DNA from: an uncultured virus (IMG/VR IMGVR_UViG_3300034103_001223)
Lineage: Duplodnaviria; Heunggongvirae; Uroviricota; Caudoviricetes
Strand: one strand, 5' to 3'
IMG/VR virus record: IMGVR_UViG_3300034103_001223
DNA length: 64,000 nucleotides
The translations under genes and the position numbers were made by a program. The notes below the pieces were generated by a model. That model searched no databases. It was not told where the DNA came from and was given only the letters and a program-made list of their open reading frames with translations. Numbering within the stretch: position 1 is the first letter of the stretch; every line of letters begins with the position of its first letter. This document shows positions 27,846 through 36,290 of this stretch, in pieces.

Positions 27846-29419
27846 AACAGCACCGACACTGGCTGAGAGCTGGCCCGGTTGGCAAGGATAGCCTTCTTCG
27901 CCCGGAACAATTCCTCGTAGCACATCGCCTGAAGCGGGTAGGTGAGAGCATCCCATGCGTGCTTGAACTCGGAAGCCCGGTCAACGGGGGTGTTCTTGCC
28001 CTTCTTAATGGACTGCACCGACATGATGGTTTGCGGGCATTTCGTCTTGGAGAACTGGAGGCGGTCCTCGAAGAGTAGCCTGCGGGTGATGTCAATGCGT
28101 TGTCGCACAGAGCCGTCTCCCTTTTCAACGGCCAGCAGCTTGATTCGCTTCTTCGACGACAGATAGACCTCCACATGCTGCCTTCGATTGGAAATGGACT
28201 CCTTGAAGTCGAATGCGGAACGGTCGGAGTAGTGCGTCCAGTGAATTGTTCTTCCAAGGTAGCTCTCCCAGAAATCCATCTTTTCGAGCACTCCCTCGGT
28301 AAAATCTTCGATGGATGCGTCGGAATGCAGCATCACCAGCTCGTCTATGATGGAGAAGTGTGGAACCTTGATGCCCTTTGAATTTGGCCAGTAGAAGCGC
28401 TCCATCAGGGTGAACGCATGATTTGATGTGCCCAAGTCCCAGCCGGTAATCAGCTCATAGCAATCGTCCGATGGGACGAGCATCTGAGGGTCGCGGTTGA
28501 GCGGTGTCTCCATTTCGCCTTGAACATGGATGGCGGGGCGGAATACGTCGTAGAAGAGGCCATCACCAGCAGCCGCAGTCCATTTCCCGAGATAGTAGCG
28601 GTCCCACAGCTCGGGTGAGTGAGCGTATTTGGTCTTCAGCTCAATTAAATCCTTCTCGGAAAGCGAGAGGTTGTCGTGAACGAAGACTTCAACGAGGCCG
28701 TAATTCTTCTGCTGGGCAACCATGTCTTCAACATTGATTGGCTTGTCGCCAATCAGCTCGATGATCTGCGTGGTGTCCAGCCGCCTAAACTTGTAGAAAA
28801 TCTGGTAAATCCAGTGGTCTTCACCAGGGGATTCCGGGTTGGTGTCGATCACCATCGTCAGGTCGCTGGTCTTCCAGAAGCTCTTTTCGCGAAGACATTC
28901 TGAGATGATGTCGAAAGCAGCCCTCGTCTTGACCCACGTAGCAGCTTCGGACCAGTAGATGAACGACATCTTCTTGCCCTTGAACCGCTCCTTGATGTCC
29001 GACTCGGTGGCTCCATCCCGAAAAGATTCAAGCTGGAATTCGCTGACAGTTCCGTGCTTGTTGCGGATGCTGAACTTCATCCTCTTGGTGGACCCGGCCA
29101 TGTAGGGCTTGCGGACCCACTCCAAACCAAACCCACCTTCGACCCACATGGGAACGATTTCCTCAACGAGCTGCTGCCAGCATCCGCCATCTATGGCATT
29201 CGTGAGGGTTGGCGAAACGATGGCGATTAGAGCGCGGTCAACCTCCCAAGCGTGTTCGACGGCAGCGTGCAGGCAGCCGACCGTTTTGGAGGATTTACGC
29301 GGCCCGGAAACGCAGGTGTAGCGTGTTCTGTCGGGGTTTGCTGGGTGAACTTGCCAGCGGATTTCGTTCTGCTTGGGAAAACATTTTGGAGCCCAACTGA
29401 CCTGTTCTTCGGTTGCCAT
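27842..29419 (-). CDS. Terminase large subunit
   Basis: GPRKSSKT Walker A-like motif, IYWSEA Walker B, DTNP motif, RYYLGKW, nuclease GWDLG and HAWDALTY. Confidence 0.85.
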   Translation of the reverse strand: MATEEQVSWAPKCFPKQNEIRWQVHPANPDRTRYTCVSGPRKSSKTVGCLHAAVEHAWEVDRALIAIVSPTLTNAIDGGCWQQLVEEIVPMWVEGGFGLEWVRKPYMAGSTKRMKFSIRNKHGTVSEFQLESFRDGATESDIKERFKGKKMSFIYWSEAATWVKTRAAFDIISECLREKSFWKTSDLTMVIDTNPESPGEDHWIYQIFYKFRRLDTTQIIELIGDKPINVEDMVAQQKNYGLVEVFVHDNLSLSEKDLIELKTKYAHSPELWDRYYLGKWTAAAGDGLFYDVFRPAIHVQGEMETPLNRDPQMLVPSDDCYELITGWDLGTSNHAFTLMERFYWPNSKGIKVPHFSIIDELVMLHSDASIEDFTEGVLEKMDFWESYLGRTIHWTHYSDRSAFDFKESISNRRQHVEVYLSSKKRIKLLAVEKGDGSVRQRIDITRRLLFEDRLQFSKTKCPQTIMSVQSIKKGKNTPVDRASEFKHAWDALTYPLQAMCYEELFRAKKAILANRASSQPVSVLL

Positions 29420-29428
29420 AGATGCTGC

Positions 29429-29460
29429 TTGCACTTTAGAACTGCATCGTTAAAGTGCCA
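29429..29460. promoter_or_regulatory. Palindromic bidirectional promoter
   Basis: TTGCAC-N16-TAAAGT on +, TGGCAC-N16-TAAAGT on -. Confidence 0.55.
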
Positions 29461-29469
29461 GCACAAACT

Positions 29470-29769
29470 ATGAACAAGATGACCCTTAACTCCAAAGATC
29501 CCGCCGTGATGGAAGCCATCAAGGACTGCGCCGTGGGTGACGAGAAGGAGCTGCTCGTGAAGGTCAAAGTCACCGAGGTTGGCCCGATGGTGGACTTCGA
29601 CGTGATGTCCGCCAAATACGCCGAGGAGAAAGTCGAAGAGGAAGAGGTGGTCGAGAATAATGGTGAAGTCGTCGAGGAGGGCATGGAAGCTGAAGCCCCG
29701 ATGCCCATGAAGAAGAAGAAGGGCAACCCCGCGCTGGCCATCCTGATTGCTCCCGGTGGAAAGCGTTAA
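29470..29769 (+). CDS. Acidic hypothetical protein
   Basis: Glu-rich, strong codon bias, first gene of the virion operon. Confidence 0.65.
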   Translation: MNKMTLNSKDPAVMEAIKDCAVGDEKELLVKVKVTEVGPMVDFDVMSAKYAEEKVEEEEVVENNGEVVEEGMEAEAPMPMKKKKGNPALAILIAPGGKR

Positions 29770-29774
29770 ACTGC

Positions 29775-32276
29775 ATGATCCCCCAGTCAGTCTTCAAGAA
29801 GCACGGCTGCGACACGGAATCTCTCCGTGCGCTTTTCACCATTTCTGAAGACCAGATTACTCCCGCGAAGGATAAGAAGGGCGTAAAAGTTCCCCCTCGC
29901 AAGACTTCCGACGAGACGACTACTGGCGAGAAACCAGGCGTGTATCGCCTACGGCAACTCCTGCGGTCCCGCCTTCAGGATGGCGCTCAGAACAACCTGC
30001 GCGACTACCGCATATTCGCGGCCATTGACTACGCCTACGACGCGCCTTTCCACCAGACCACCCCGACCCTCGTTCAGCACATCCTCCACCAGAAGATGAC
30101 GTATGATGAGTCTCTGAAAGTGGTCGAAGGCTGGGGGCTTGTGTGGGGCGACATCTTCCGTCTGGAACGCGGTCCTGATGGCGCTGTGCTGAAGGATGCT
30201 CAAGGCTGCAATCGCTTTGCGGTCAATGCTCCAAGCCTTGTTCGGACCCTGATTCCATTGGTTAAATCGCTGGTGACAGTGCGGACGGCAAAGCTCTACA
30301 CCGACCGCGACCAGATTCCTCTCTTCAAGTTCGAGCCCATCCACGCCACCGACGAGAACCGGCTCCTCTGCGAAGTCCTTACGAGCGTTGCTGAAGCGAT
30401 GGTGACGCAGTTCGGCTATCGCTCCGAGCTGAAGGACTTGATCCTTCACACGCTCCTTTACGGCATCTGCCTCATGTTCCCGCAGGAGGCGTGGTTCTGT
30501 GAGAAGCAGGAGGACATGGAAGGCGAGGAGAAGATCGTGAAGGAGGGTCTGCGCTACCTCCAGCCGCATCCCACCCGGTTTTTCTACGATCTGATGTATC
30601 GGACCAGCTCGTTCAACACGAACACCGGCTGCAAGTTTGCCGGACACTGGCGCATCATTCGCTACGGCGACATCCTTCACAACCCGAACTACTTCAACAA
30701 GGGGGCCATCTCCTACGGAACGAACTGGTTCAATAATCCCTTGGCCGGGAACTACTTCTCGGACTTCTATCCTTGCACGGTGCAATTCCCGCAGTGCGCT
30801 CCCGGCAGTGATACCAACCGGGAAGACCGGGCGGCGTTCTACTGCGTGGACGATGAGGACAAGGCGGTGTTCCAAGCGGACCTGTTGTGCGAACTGATTC
30901 CGAGCCAGTGGGACTTGGGCACCTACACGCATCCTGTCTGGTTCCGCTTCGTGATGGCGTCTGATGACACGGTGATCTTTGCGGAGCCGCTGTCTTACAA
31001 CCCCATCGTTTATTCTGGATACGATGCTGATGGGAATCGTGTGCGGAACGCCAGCATGGCGCTGGAGCTGATTCCATTCCAAGACCAGCTCGGGAACATT
31101 CTCAGCCAGATTCTCCTGACGGCGAAGCAGAACCTCGCCAACATCACGTTCTACGACAAGAACATCGTCAACGTCGCGCAGATTGAGAACTTGAAGAACT
31201 CCGGCGAGATGCTGGTTCGCGGGTTGAACTTCGTGGAGATGGACAAGGAGAAGGATGCCATTGCAGGGCTCGACACGCGGAAAGCCTTTGAGACGGTGAA
31301 CTTTGCCAAGATGTCCACTGCGGAGCTGGTGAACACGATGAACACCATCATCTCGATGGCGGAGCGGATGCTCTCGTTCAGTGCTCAGGAGCTTGGTGGA
31401 GCGGCAAGCCATCAGCAAAGCGCCGAGGAAATTCGCACCGTGGCCGGTAACGTCGGTGTGCGGGTGGCCTACACGGGCACTTTCATTGACGACGCGATTG
31501 ATGCGTGGAAGACGCAGATTGCCAACGCCTCGATGGCTTACATGGACAGCGGCTTCGTCGCTCTGGTGTCGCCTGACATCCCCAACCTTGAGGAACTCCT
31601 CAAGAAGCTCGGCTTTGAGATGATCGACAAGGGTGGTGGCCGGGTGAAAGCGAAGGTCCGTGTGGACAAAAAGAAGATCGTTCCACTGCTCTTGGAAGGA
31701 CTGGCCTCTACCCGTGACGGCCCTGACCGTGGCACTGATGCGCAGGCTGCCACCGTGCAGATGCAAACGTGGTCGGCCATCGCTGCCAACCAGCCGCTCG
31801 CCCAGGCAGTCGGAGCGAAGACCATCCTGCGTGGCATGGAAGAGGCTGCCCGCCTTGGCGGTGCCGGGAAGGACTTCAAGCTGGATGCGTCCGGCGAGGA
31901 GCAGCCGAATCAGGAGCAGATGGTTCAGATGGCGCAGCAGATCCAGCAGAGCGCCGTCGAGGAGTCTGTGAAGCAAGTCACCCAGCTCGTCGCCGAGCAG
32001 GTAGTGAAGCCTGCCGCCGAGCAGATTGGCAAGCAGCAGCAGCAGATCGACCAGATGGCGCAGGAGGTCAACGCAGTGGCTCAGGGCGCAGCCGCAACGC
32101 AGGTTGCCGTCGAGAAGCTCGCCCAGATTGTGCAAAGCGCCATGAGCGCCCCGCCGCTCCCGCCTCAGATGCCGCCGCCGATGCCTTATGGAACAGAACC
32201 CATTCCTCCAGTTGGAGCCGAACCCATTGCCGGAGCCGGACCAGTTGTCCCTCCGCAAATGGCTCTCCCAGTCTGA
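29775..32276 (+). CDS. Portal protein (podovirus type)
   Basis: 833 aa, positioned before scaffold and capsid; SAEEI motif and Gln/Pro-rich C-terminal barrel. Confidence 0.7.
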   Translation: MIPQSVFKKHGCDTESLRALFTISEDQITPAKDKKGVKVPPRKTSDETTTGEKPGVYRLRQLLRSRLQDGAQNNLRDYRIFAAIDYAYDAPFHQTTPTLVQHILHQKMTYDESLKVVEGWGLVWGDIFRLERGPDGAVLKDAQGCNRFAVNAPSLVRTLIPLVKSLVTVRTAKLYTDRDQIPLFKFEPIHATDENRLLCEVLTSVAEAMVTQFGYRSELKDLILHTLLYGICLMFPQEAWFCEKQEDMEGEEKIVKEGLRYLQPHPTRFFYDLMYRTSSFNTNTGCKFAGHWRIIRYGDILHNPNYFNKGAISYGTNWFNNPLAGNYFSDFYPCTVQFPQCAPGSDTNREDRAAFYCVDDEDKAVFQADLLCELIPSQWDLGTYTHPVWFRFVMASDDTVIFAEPLSYNPIVYSGYDADGNRVRNASMALELIPFQDQLGNILSQILLTAKQNLANITFYDKNIVNVAQIENLKNSGEMLVRGLNFVEMDKEKDAIAGLDTRKAFETVNFAKMSTAELVNTMNTIISMAERMLSFSAQELGGAASHQQSAEEIRTVAGNVGVRVAYTGTFIDDAIDAWKTQIANASMAYMDSGFVALVSPDIPNLEELLKKLGFEMIDKGGGRVKAKVRVDKKKIVPLLLEGLASTRDGPDRGTDAQAATVQMQTWSAIAANQPLAQAVGAKTILRGMEEAARLGGAGKDFKLDASGEEQPNQEQMVQMAQQIQQSAVEESVKQVTQLVAEQVVKPAAEQIGKQQQQIDQMAQEVNAVAQGAAATQVAVEKLAQIVQSAMSAPPLPPQMPPPMPYGTEPIPPVGAEPIAGAGPVVPPQMALPV

Positions 32277-32481
32277 GCGCACCAAGATTGAGGCAGTGGT
32301 GAAAAGCCTTGGATTGAAGCACGCAATGGCCGGTTCCGAGCGGGCCATGCACCCGCATGAGGGAAAGATTGCAGCCTCTCGCGGCGACTTTCATGCGGCC
32401 ATGCGTTACCGGCACTTTCTGCAAGTCCTCGATGAGTTGGACAAGCTGCCCCATTTCGAGACGGTGAAGACAAACATCTGA
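32188..32481 (+). CDS. Hypothetical protein overlapping the portal 3' end
   Basis: Ordered helical sequence filling the portal-scaffold gap. Confidence 0.55.
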   Translation: MEQNPFLQLEPNPLPEPDQLSLRKWLSQSERTKIEAVVKSLGLKHAMAGSERAMHPHEGKIAASRGDFHAAMRYRHFLQVLDELDKLPHFETVKTNI

Positions 32482-32497
32482 CAACCCCACAAAACAC

Positions 32498-33931
32498 ATG
32501 CCAGCCACACTAGATGCGCCGAAAGGTGCCCCCGTGTCCGAAATGGACAAGACCAAGGATCTGCTTCAACAGTTCAAGGAGAACTGGATTCAGAGTTCGC
32601 CCAAAAAGGAAGAGCCCAAGGCGGAGCGCAAGCCGGAGAACTTCCCGAAGATTTCCGACCCCGTGGCTCCTGAGCCCGCACCTGCACCGGAAGCCAAGAA
32701 GGAACCCGCCAAGGAGCCCGAGAAGGCCGCAGCGGAGGAGCCTGCCAAGCCGAAGCCCGCTCCTGAGCTGGAGCGCAAGCCTGCCATCAATCAGGAAGAA
32801 CTCTCCGAGTCCATCGTCAAAGGCGTGCGTGAGGGCGTCCGTGAAGCGGTGCGACAGGAGCGGAAGGCGGAAGAGCCCAAGGAGGCACCGCTCCCACCTG
32901 TCGAGCTGAAGCGGATGGAGCGGCTGGCTGTGCTGGAGCAGCTCTACCCGGAAGACTACAAGGACATCGCTCAACAGCGAGAGAACTTCCTGAAAGCCCA
33001 GCGGAAGTATGAGGAGAGTTGGATCAAAGAGCATCCCGGCGAAGACTTCGACCCGAACGCCGCCGACCACGAGGAGTTCTTCGAGAAAGACCCCATCAAC
33101 AAGGTGGATGCAGAGCACATGGCAGAAGCCATCGCCGAGCACCGCTTGAAGGATGAGCGCAAGGCGTTCGATGCCAAGCTCGAAGCTGTGGCCACTCGCG
33201 CCGAGGTGAACCCCGCAGCGGCCCGTGAAGGGGCTCGTGTAGCGTCCAGCGTAGTGAGCGGAATTCTCGGTAAGGCTGGCAGCGGTCTGGTGAACTCCGA
33301 CGGCTCCATCAATCAGGAACGCTTCGAGGCGCTCCAGACGGAAGACCCTGTTCGCGCCCCCGTTCTGGCTCACGCCGCACAGGCCGCGCAGAAGCTCGGA
33401 ACCGAAGTGGTGAAGCTGTTCCGTGGAGCCGTGAAGCCGGACACTGAGCGCAATCCGCTGCACCGCCAGATCGTCGAGTTCGGCAAGGGCGTCGAGGAAC
33501 GCATGTTGCAACTGAGCCCAGACCAGTGGGAGGGGCAAGACCAGCGCAACCGCAAGCACGAGGACTTCGTTCCGAGCGCCAAGTTCCACCGCATGAGCAA
33601 AGCGGAGCAGGCGAAACACTGGACCTTTGACGAGCGCGATTTCGTCGAACTCATGGCGCTGGACCTGCAAAATGATGCGAAAAAAGTGATCGACGAAGAG
33701 GAAAATCGCATCATCACGCTGGCTAAACGGCGAGGTTACGAAGTGACATCTGCACCAAAAGCGCCAGCCGCAGCACCGGCCAAACAGCAATCCCCGCTCA
33801 TTACACACGAGGAGAAACCTGTTTCTCCGTCCTCCGCGCTCCAGCCAAAAATGGCGGGCGTAAAAGGTGCCCCTCCAGCCGAGTCGCAAACTTTACTTCA
33901 GGCTTGGGGAAAAGCGTGGCTTGGTAAATAG
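32498..33931 (+). CDS. Scaffolding protein (putative)
   Basis: Charged, Pro/Glu/Lys-rich helical protein immediately before the capsid gene. Confidence 0.6.
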   Translation: MPATLDAPKGAPVSEMDKTKDLLQQFKENWIQSSPKKEEPKAERKPENFPKISDPVAPEPAPAPEAKKEPAKEPEKAAAEEPAKPKPAPELERKPAINQEELSESIVKGVREGVREAVRQERKAEEPKEAPLPPVELKRMERLAVLEQLYPEDYKDIAQQRENFLKAQRKYEESWIKEHPGEDFDPNAADHEEFFEKDPINKVDAEHMAEAIAEHRLKDERKAFDAKLEAVATRAEVNPAAAREGARVASSVVSGILGKAGSGLVNSDGSINQERFEALQTEDPVRAPVLAHAAQAAQKLGTEVVKLFRGAVKPDTERNPLHRQIVEFGKGVEERMLQLSPDQWEGQDQRNRKHEDFVPSAKFHRMSKAEQAKHWTFDERDFVELMALDLQNDAKKVIDEEENRIITLAKRRGYEVTSAPKAPAAAPAKQQSPLITHEEKPVSPSSALQPKMAGVKGAPPAESQTLLQAWGKAWLGK

Positions 33932-33996
33932 TTCTTGCAAGCAAGCCGGGAAAGTTCTCGGCCAGAACAGCAACAACAAACTATAACGATAAAGCT

Positions 33997-35715
33997 ATGG
34001 CCGTATCTGCGAATATCTTCAGCAAGTGCTCTCCGGCACTTGGAACCAACATCCAGGCTTGCGGGTCGGTGACGATCTGCAACGCCTCCGTCATCACCGC
34101 CGACAACATCGAAGAGGTCTTCGCTGATGCGGACGGCAACTTCCGCATCATGGATGCTCTGGCTGGTTTCCAGCTTGAGGTCAAGGCGTGCGGTGCCTCG
34201 CAGGTCGGAATGTTCGACTTCCTGATGGCGAACCGTGTGAACTGGTCGAAGCGCGTGGACGCCGTGAAGTCCGCTGGCCTTGCCAGGCTGCGCCCGTTCG
34301 TGATCGCTCGCCGCAAGTGGCCGATCAACAACAAGTATTGGAACGTCAGCGGCGGTCAGGCGTCCGGTGGCAACTGGCGCGTGGACGTGTCCAGCCCGAC
34401 CGGCGTTCCGTTCGATGTGCGCTCCTTCATCGCCGATGAGGAAGTGTATATCCAGTCGGCGGGCGATGGCGGCAGCCTCTCCGAAACCCAGTGGAAGATT
34501 GTCAGCGCCACCGCGTTGACCTCGACCTCTGGCCGGTTGGTCCTGTCCTCGCTGAACTCCGGCTCCTACTTGGATGCCGACAAGCTCACCAGTCCCGTGA
34601 CTGGCTGGCTGATTCGCGGCATCAACAACAAGGATGTCACGGAGAGCTTCTGCAATCAGCCTCCGAGCTACATCACCAACTCTGATTACCCGGCGTGGTA
34701 TCAGACGATGCGTTTCACCACCTGCAAGAGTGAACTCTACGACCAGTATCGTGAGGCGCTGCTCGCTGGCGGAAACACCTACTTCCGCGATTTCCAAGAC
34801 CTCCCCGAGGCGGAAGTCAACCGGCAGGAGGGTCTGGACGCTCAAAACCGCATGGCCTACGCCATGTTCTACAACAAGCCGCTGGTGAACCAAACGATGT
34901 CCACCTACGACCAGTTGGAGGACATCACCACGGCTGCGAGCCAGTTCCTCGACATCCCGACCAGCTCGCGCTGCGTCGGCAAGCGGGCGAACATGGTGGG
35001 CATCCTCGAACAGCTCGCCGAGTGCGACCGTGTGGCGGACCTTCAGGGTGGCCAGCTCATCCTGAGCGACCTGTTCCGCACGCTCTATCTCATGCTCCGC
35101 TCGCGCCAGGCGAACGGTGACACGAGCAACATGATCGACCTGTTCATGGACACCTCGACGGCGAGCCGGTTCCATCAGGCGATGGTTACTTACTACAGCG
35201 CCCAGAACAGCGGCCTGCTCCGGGTCAACATGAACATGGGTGGCGATTACAGCATCACCAACCCTGCGCAGATCAAGAAGGCCGAGTTCGGCTTCGCTTA
35301 TCGCAGTTACCCGCTGGAGTGGCCGCAGGGCTTGGTCATCAACGTCGTCACGCACTTCTTCTTCGACGACCTCGTGACGCAGGCGGCTGCCATCGGCAAC
35401 ACCTCGCTCGGGCGGAACATCTGGATTCTGGACTTTGCGGGCATCTACCCGTTCACCGTCTCCACGGATCGGACCGTCACCAAGACCAATCCCAATGCGT
35501 TGCAGGGGATTGATGCCACCTACGCCTGCACTCCGAAAATCTACACGGAGCAGAAGACGCTCAACAGCTTCACGATGGGTATGCACGTTGAGTGCCCCCG
35601 TGCGAGCATCGTGTTGGAGAACGTCGGCGAGGAAGTCCCTGACGCCACTACGGATGACGGCAGCAGCGTCTATCCGAACGATGGCTCCGGTGTGACCACC
35701 ACGCCTGCGGACTAA
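33997..35715 (+). CDS. Major capsid protein (putative)
   Basis: Very strong codon bias, follows the scaffold gene, followed by a terminator. Confidence 0.7.
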   Translation: MAVSANIFSKCSPALGTNIQACGSVTICNASVITADNIEEVFADADGNFRIMDALAGFQLEVKACGASQVGMFDFLMANRVNWSKRVDAVKSAGLARLRPFVIARRKWPINNKYWNVSGGQASGGNWRVDVSSPTGVPFDVRSFIADEEVYIQSAGDGGSLSETQWKIVSATALTSTSGRLVLSSLNSGSYLDADKLTSPVTGWLIRGINNKDVTESFCNQPPSYITNSDYPAWYQTMRFTTCKSELYDQYREALLAGGNTYFRDFQDLPEAEVNRQEGLDAQNRMAYAMFYNKPLVNQTMSTYDQLEDITTAASQFLDIPTSSRCVGKRANMVGILEQLAECDRVADLQGGQLILSDLFRTLYLMLRSRQANGDTSNMIDLFMDTSTASRFHQAMVTYYSAQNSGLLRVNMNMGGDYSITNPAQIKKAEFGFAYRSYPLEWPQGLVINVVTHFFFDDLVTQAAAIGNTSLGRNIWILDFAGIYPFTVSTDRTVTKTNPNALQGIDATYACTPKIYTEQKTLNSFTMGMHVECPRASIVLENVGEEVPDATTDDGSSVYPNDGSGVTTTPAD

Positions 35716-35738
35716 TCGCAGCGGCCCAAGAAATTGCG

Positions 35739-35777
35739 CCGGGCCGTTCAGAAACTCTGGACGGCCCGGTTTTCTTT
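35739..35777 (+). terminator. Intrinsic terminator after the capsid gene
   Basis: CCGGGCCGTTCAGA-AAC-TCTGGACGGCCCGG-TTTTCTTT. Confidence 0.8.
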
Positions 35778-35793
35778 GGATACTGTCCCGCCT

Positions 35794-36288
35794 ATGCGCT
35801 ACTTCAAGAAAGCAATCCTCAGTCAAAACATCTTCAAAGACCGCGATGGCAAGACTATCGCATGGGAGATTCTTCCGGGTAACACTGGCGTCATCGCCCT
35901 CGACCCGGCCACTAAGGGTCAACTTATTGAGGACTTGGTGAAGTCCATCAATCGCCGTGGTATCACCGAGATCGACGACGCTCGCTACGTCGAGTTAAAA
36001 AAAAACCGCAAGAACTTCAAGCCCGCGACAAAATTGTCCAGCTTAGGCGGGCCAATGCGCGTCCTCCGCAACGACCTCACCCCCCGAAAACAAGCGGCTG
36101 CTCCGTCTGCGGACGCCGCCGCCAGCAGCAACCCCAGTGAGCCCAAGCCTGAAGCGCAGCCGAACACACCGCTCCCGAAGGGTGACGCCACCCTCGCTGA
36201 AGCGGTGCAGCCCGCCCCCAAGCCAGTCCGGCTGGGTCGGCCTCGCAAGCAGCGCTTTGCGGAAGCTCCTGAGCCTGTAGCAGCCTGA
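35794..36288 (+). CDS. Hypothetical virion-associated protein with internal A9 slippery site
   Basis: ATG ORF; TTA AAA AAA AAC at 35995-36006. Confidence 0.6.
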   Translation: MRYFKKAILSQNIFKDRDGKTIAWEILPGNTGVIALDPATKGQLIEDLVKSINRRGITEIDDARYVELKKNRKNFKPATKLSSLGGPMRVLRNDLTPRKQAAAPSADAAASSNPSEPKPEAQPNTPLPKGDATLAEAVQPAPKPVRLGRPRKQRFAEAPEPVAA

Positions 36289-36290
36289 AC

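Noticed and set aside
29949..35922. Long minus-strand ORFs (799, 459 and 674 aa) opposite the portal, scaffold and capsid genes
   Set aside because: Antisense shadows caused by strong codon bias; they contain no motifs, and the plus strand is clearly coding.
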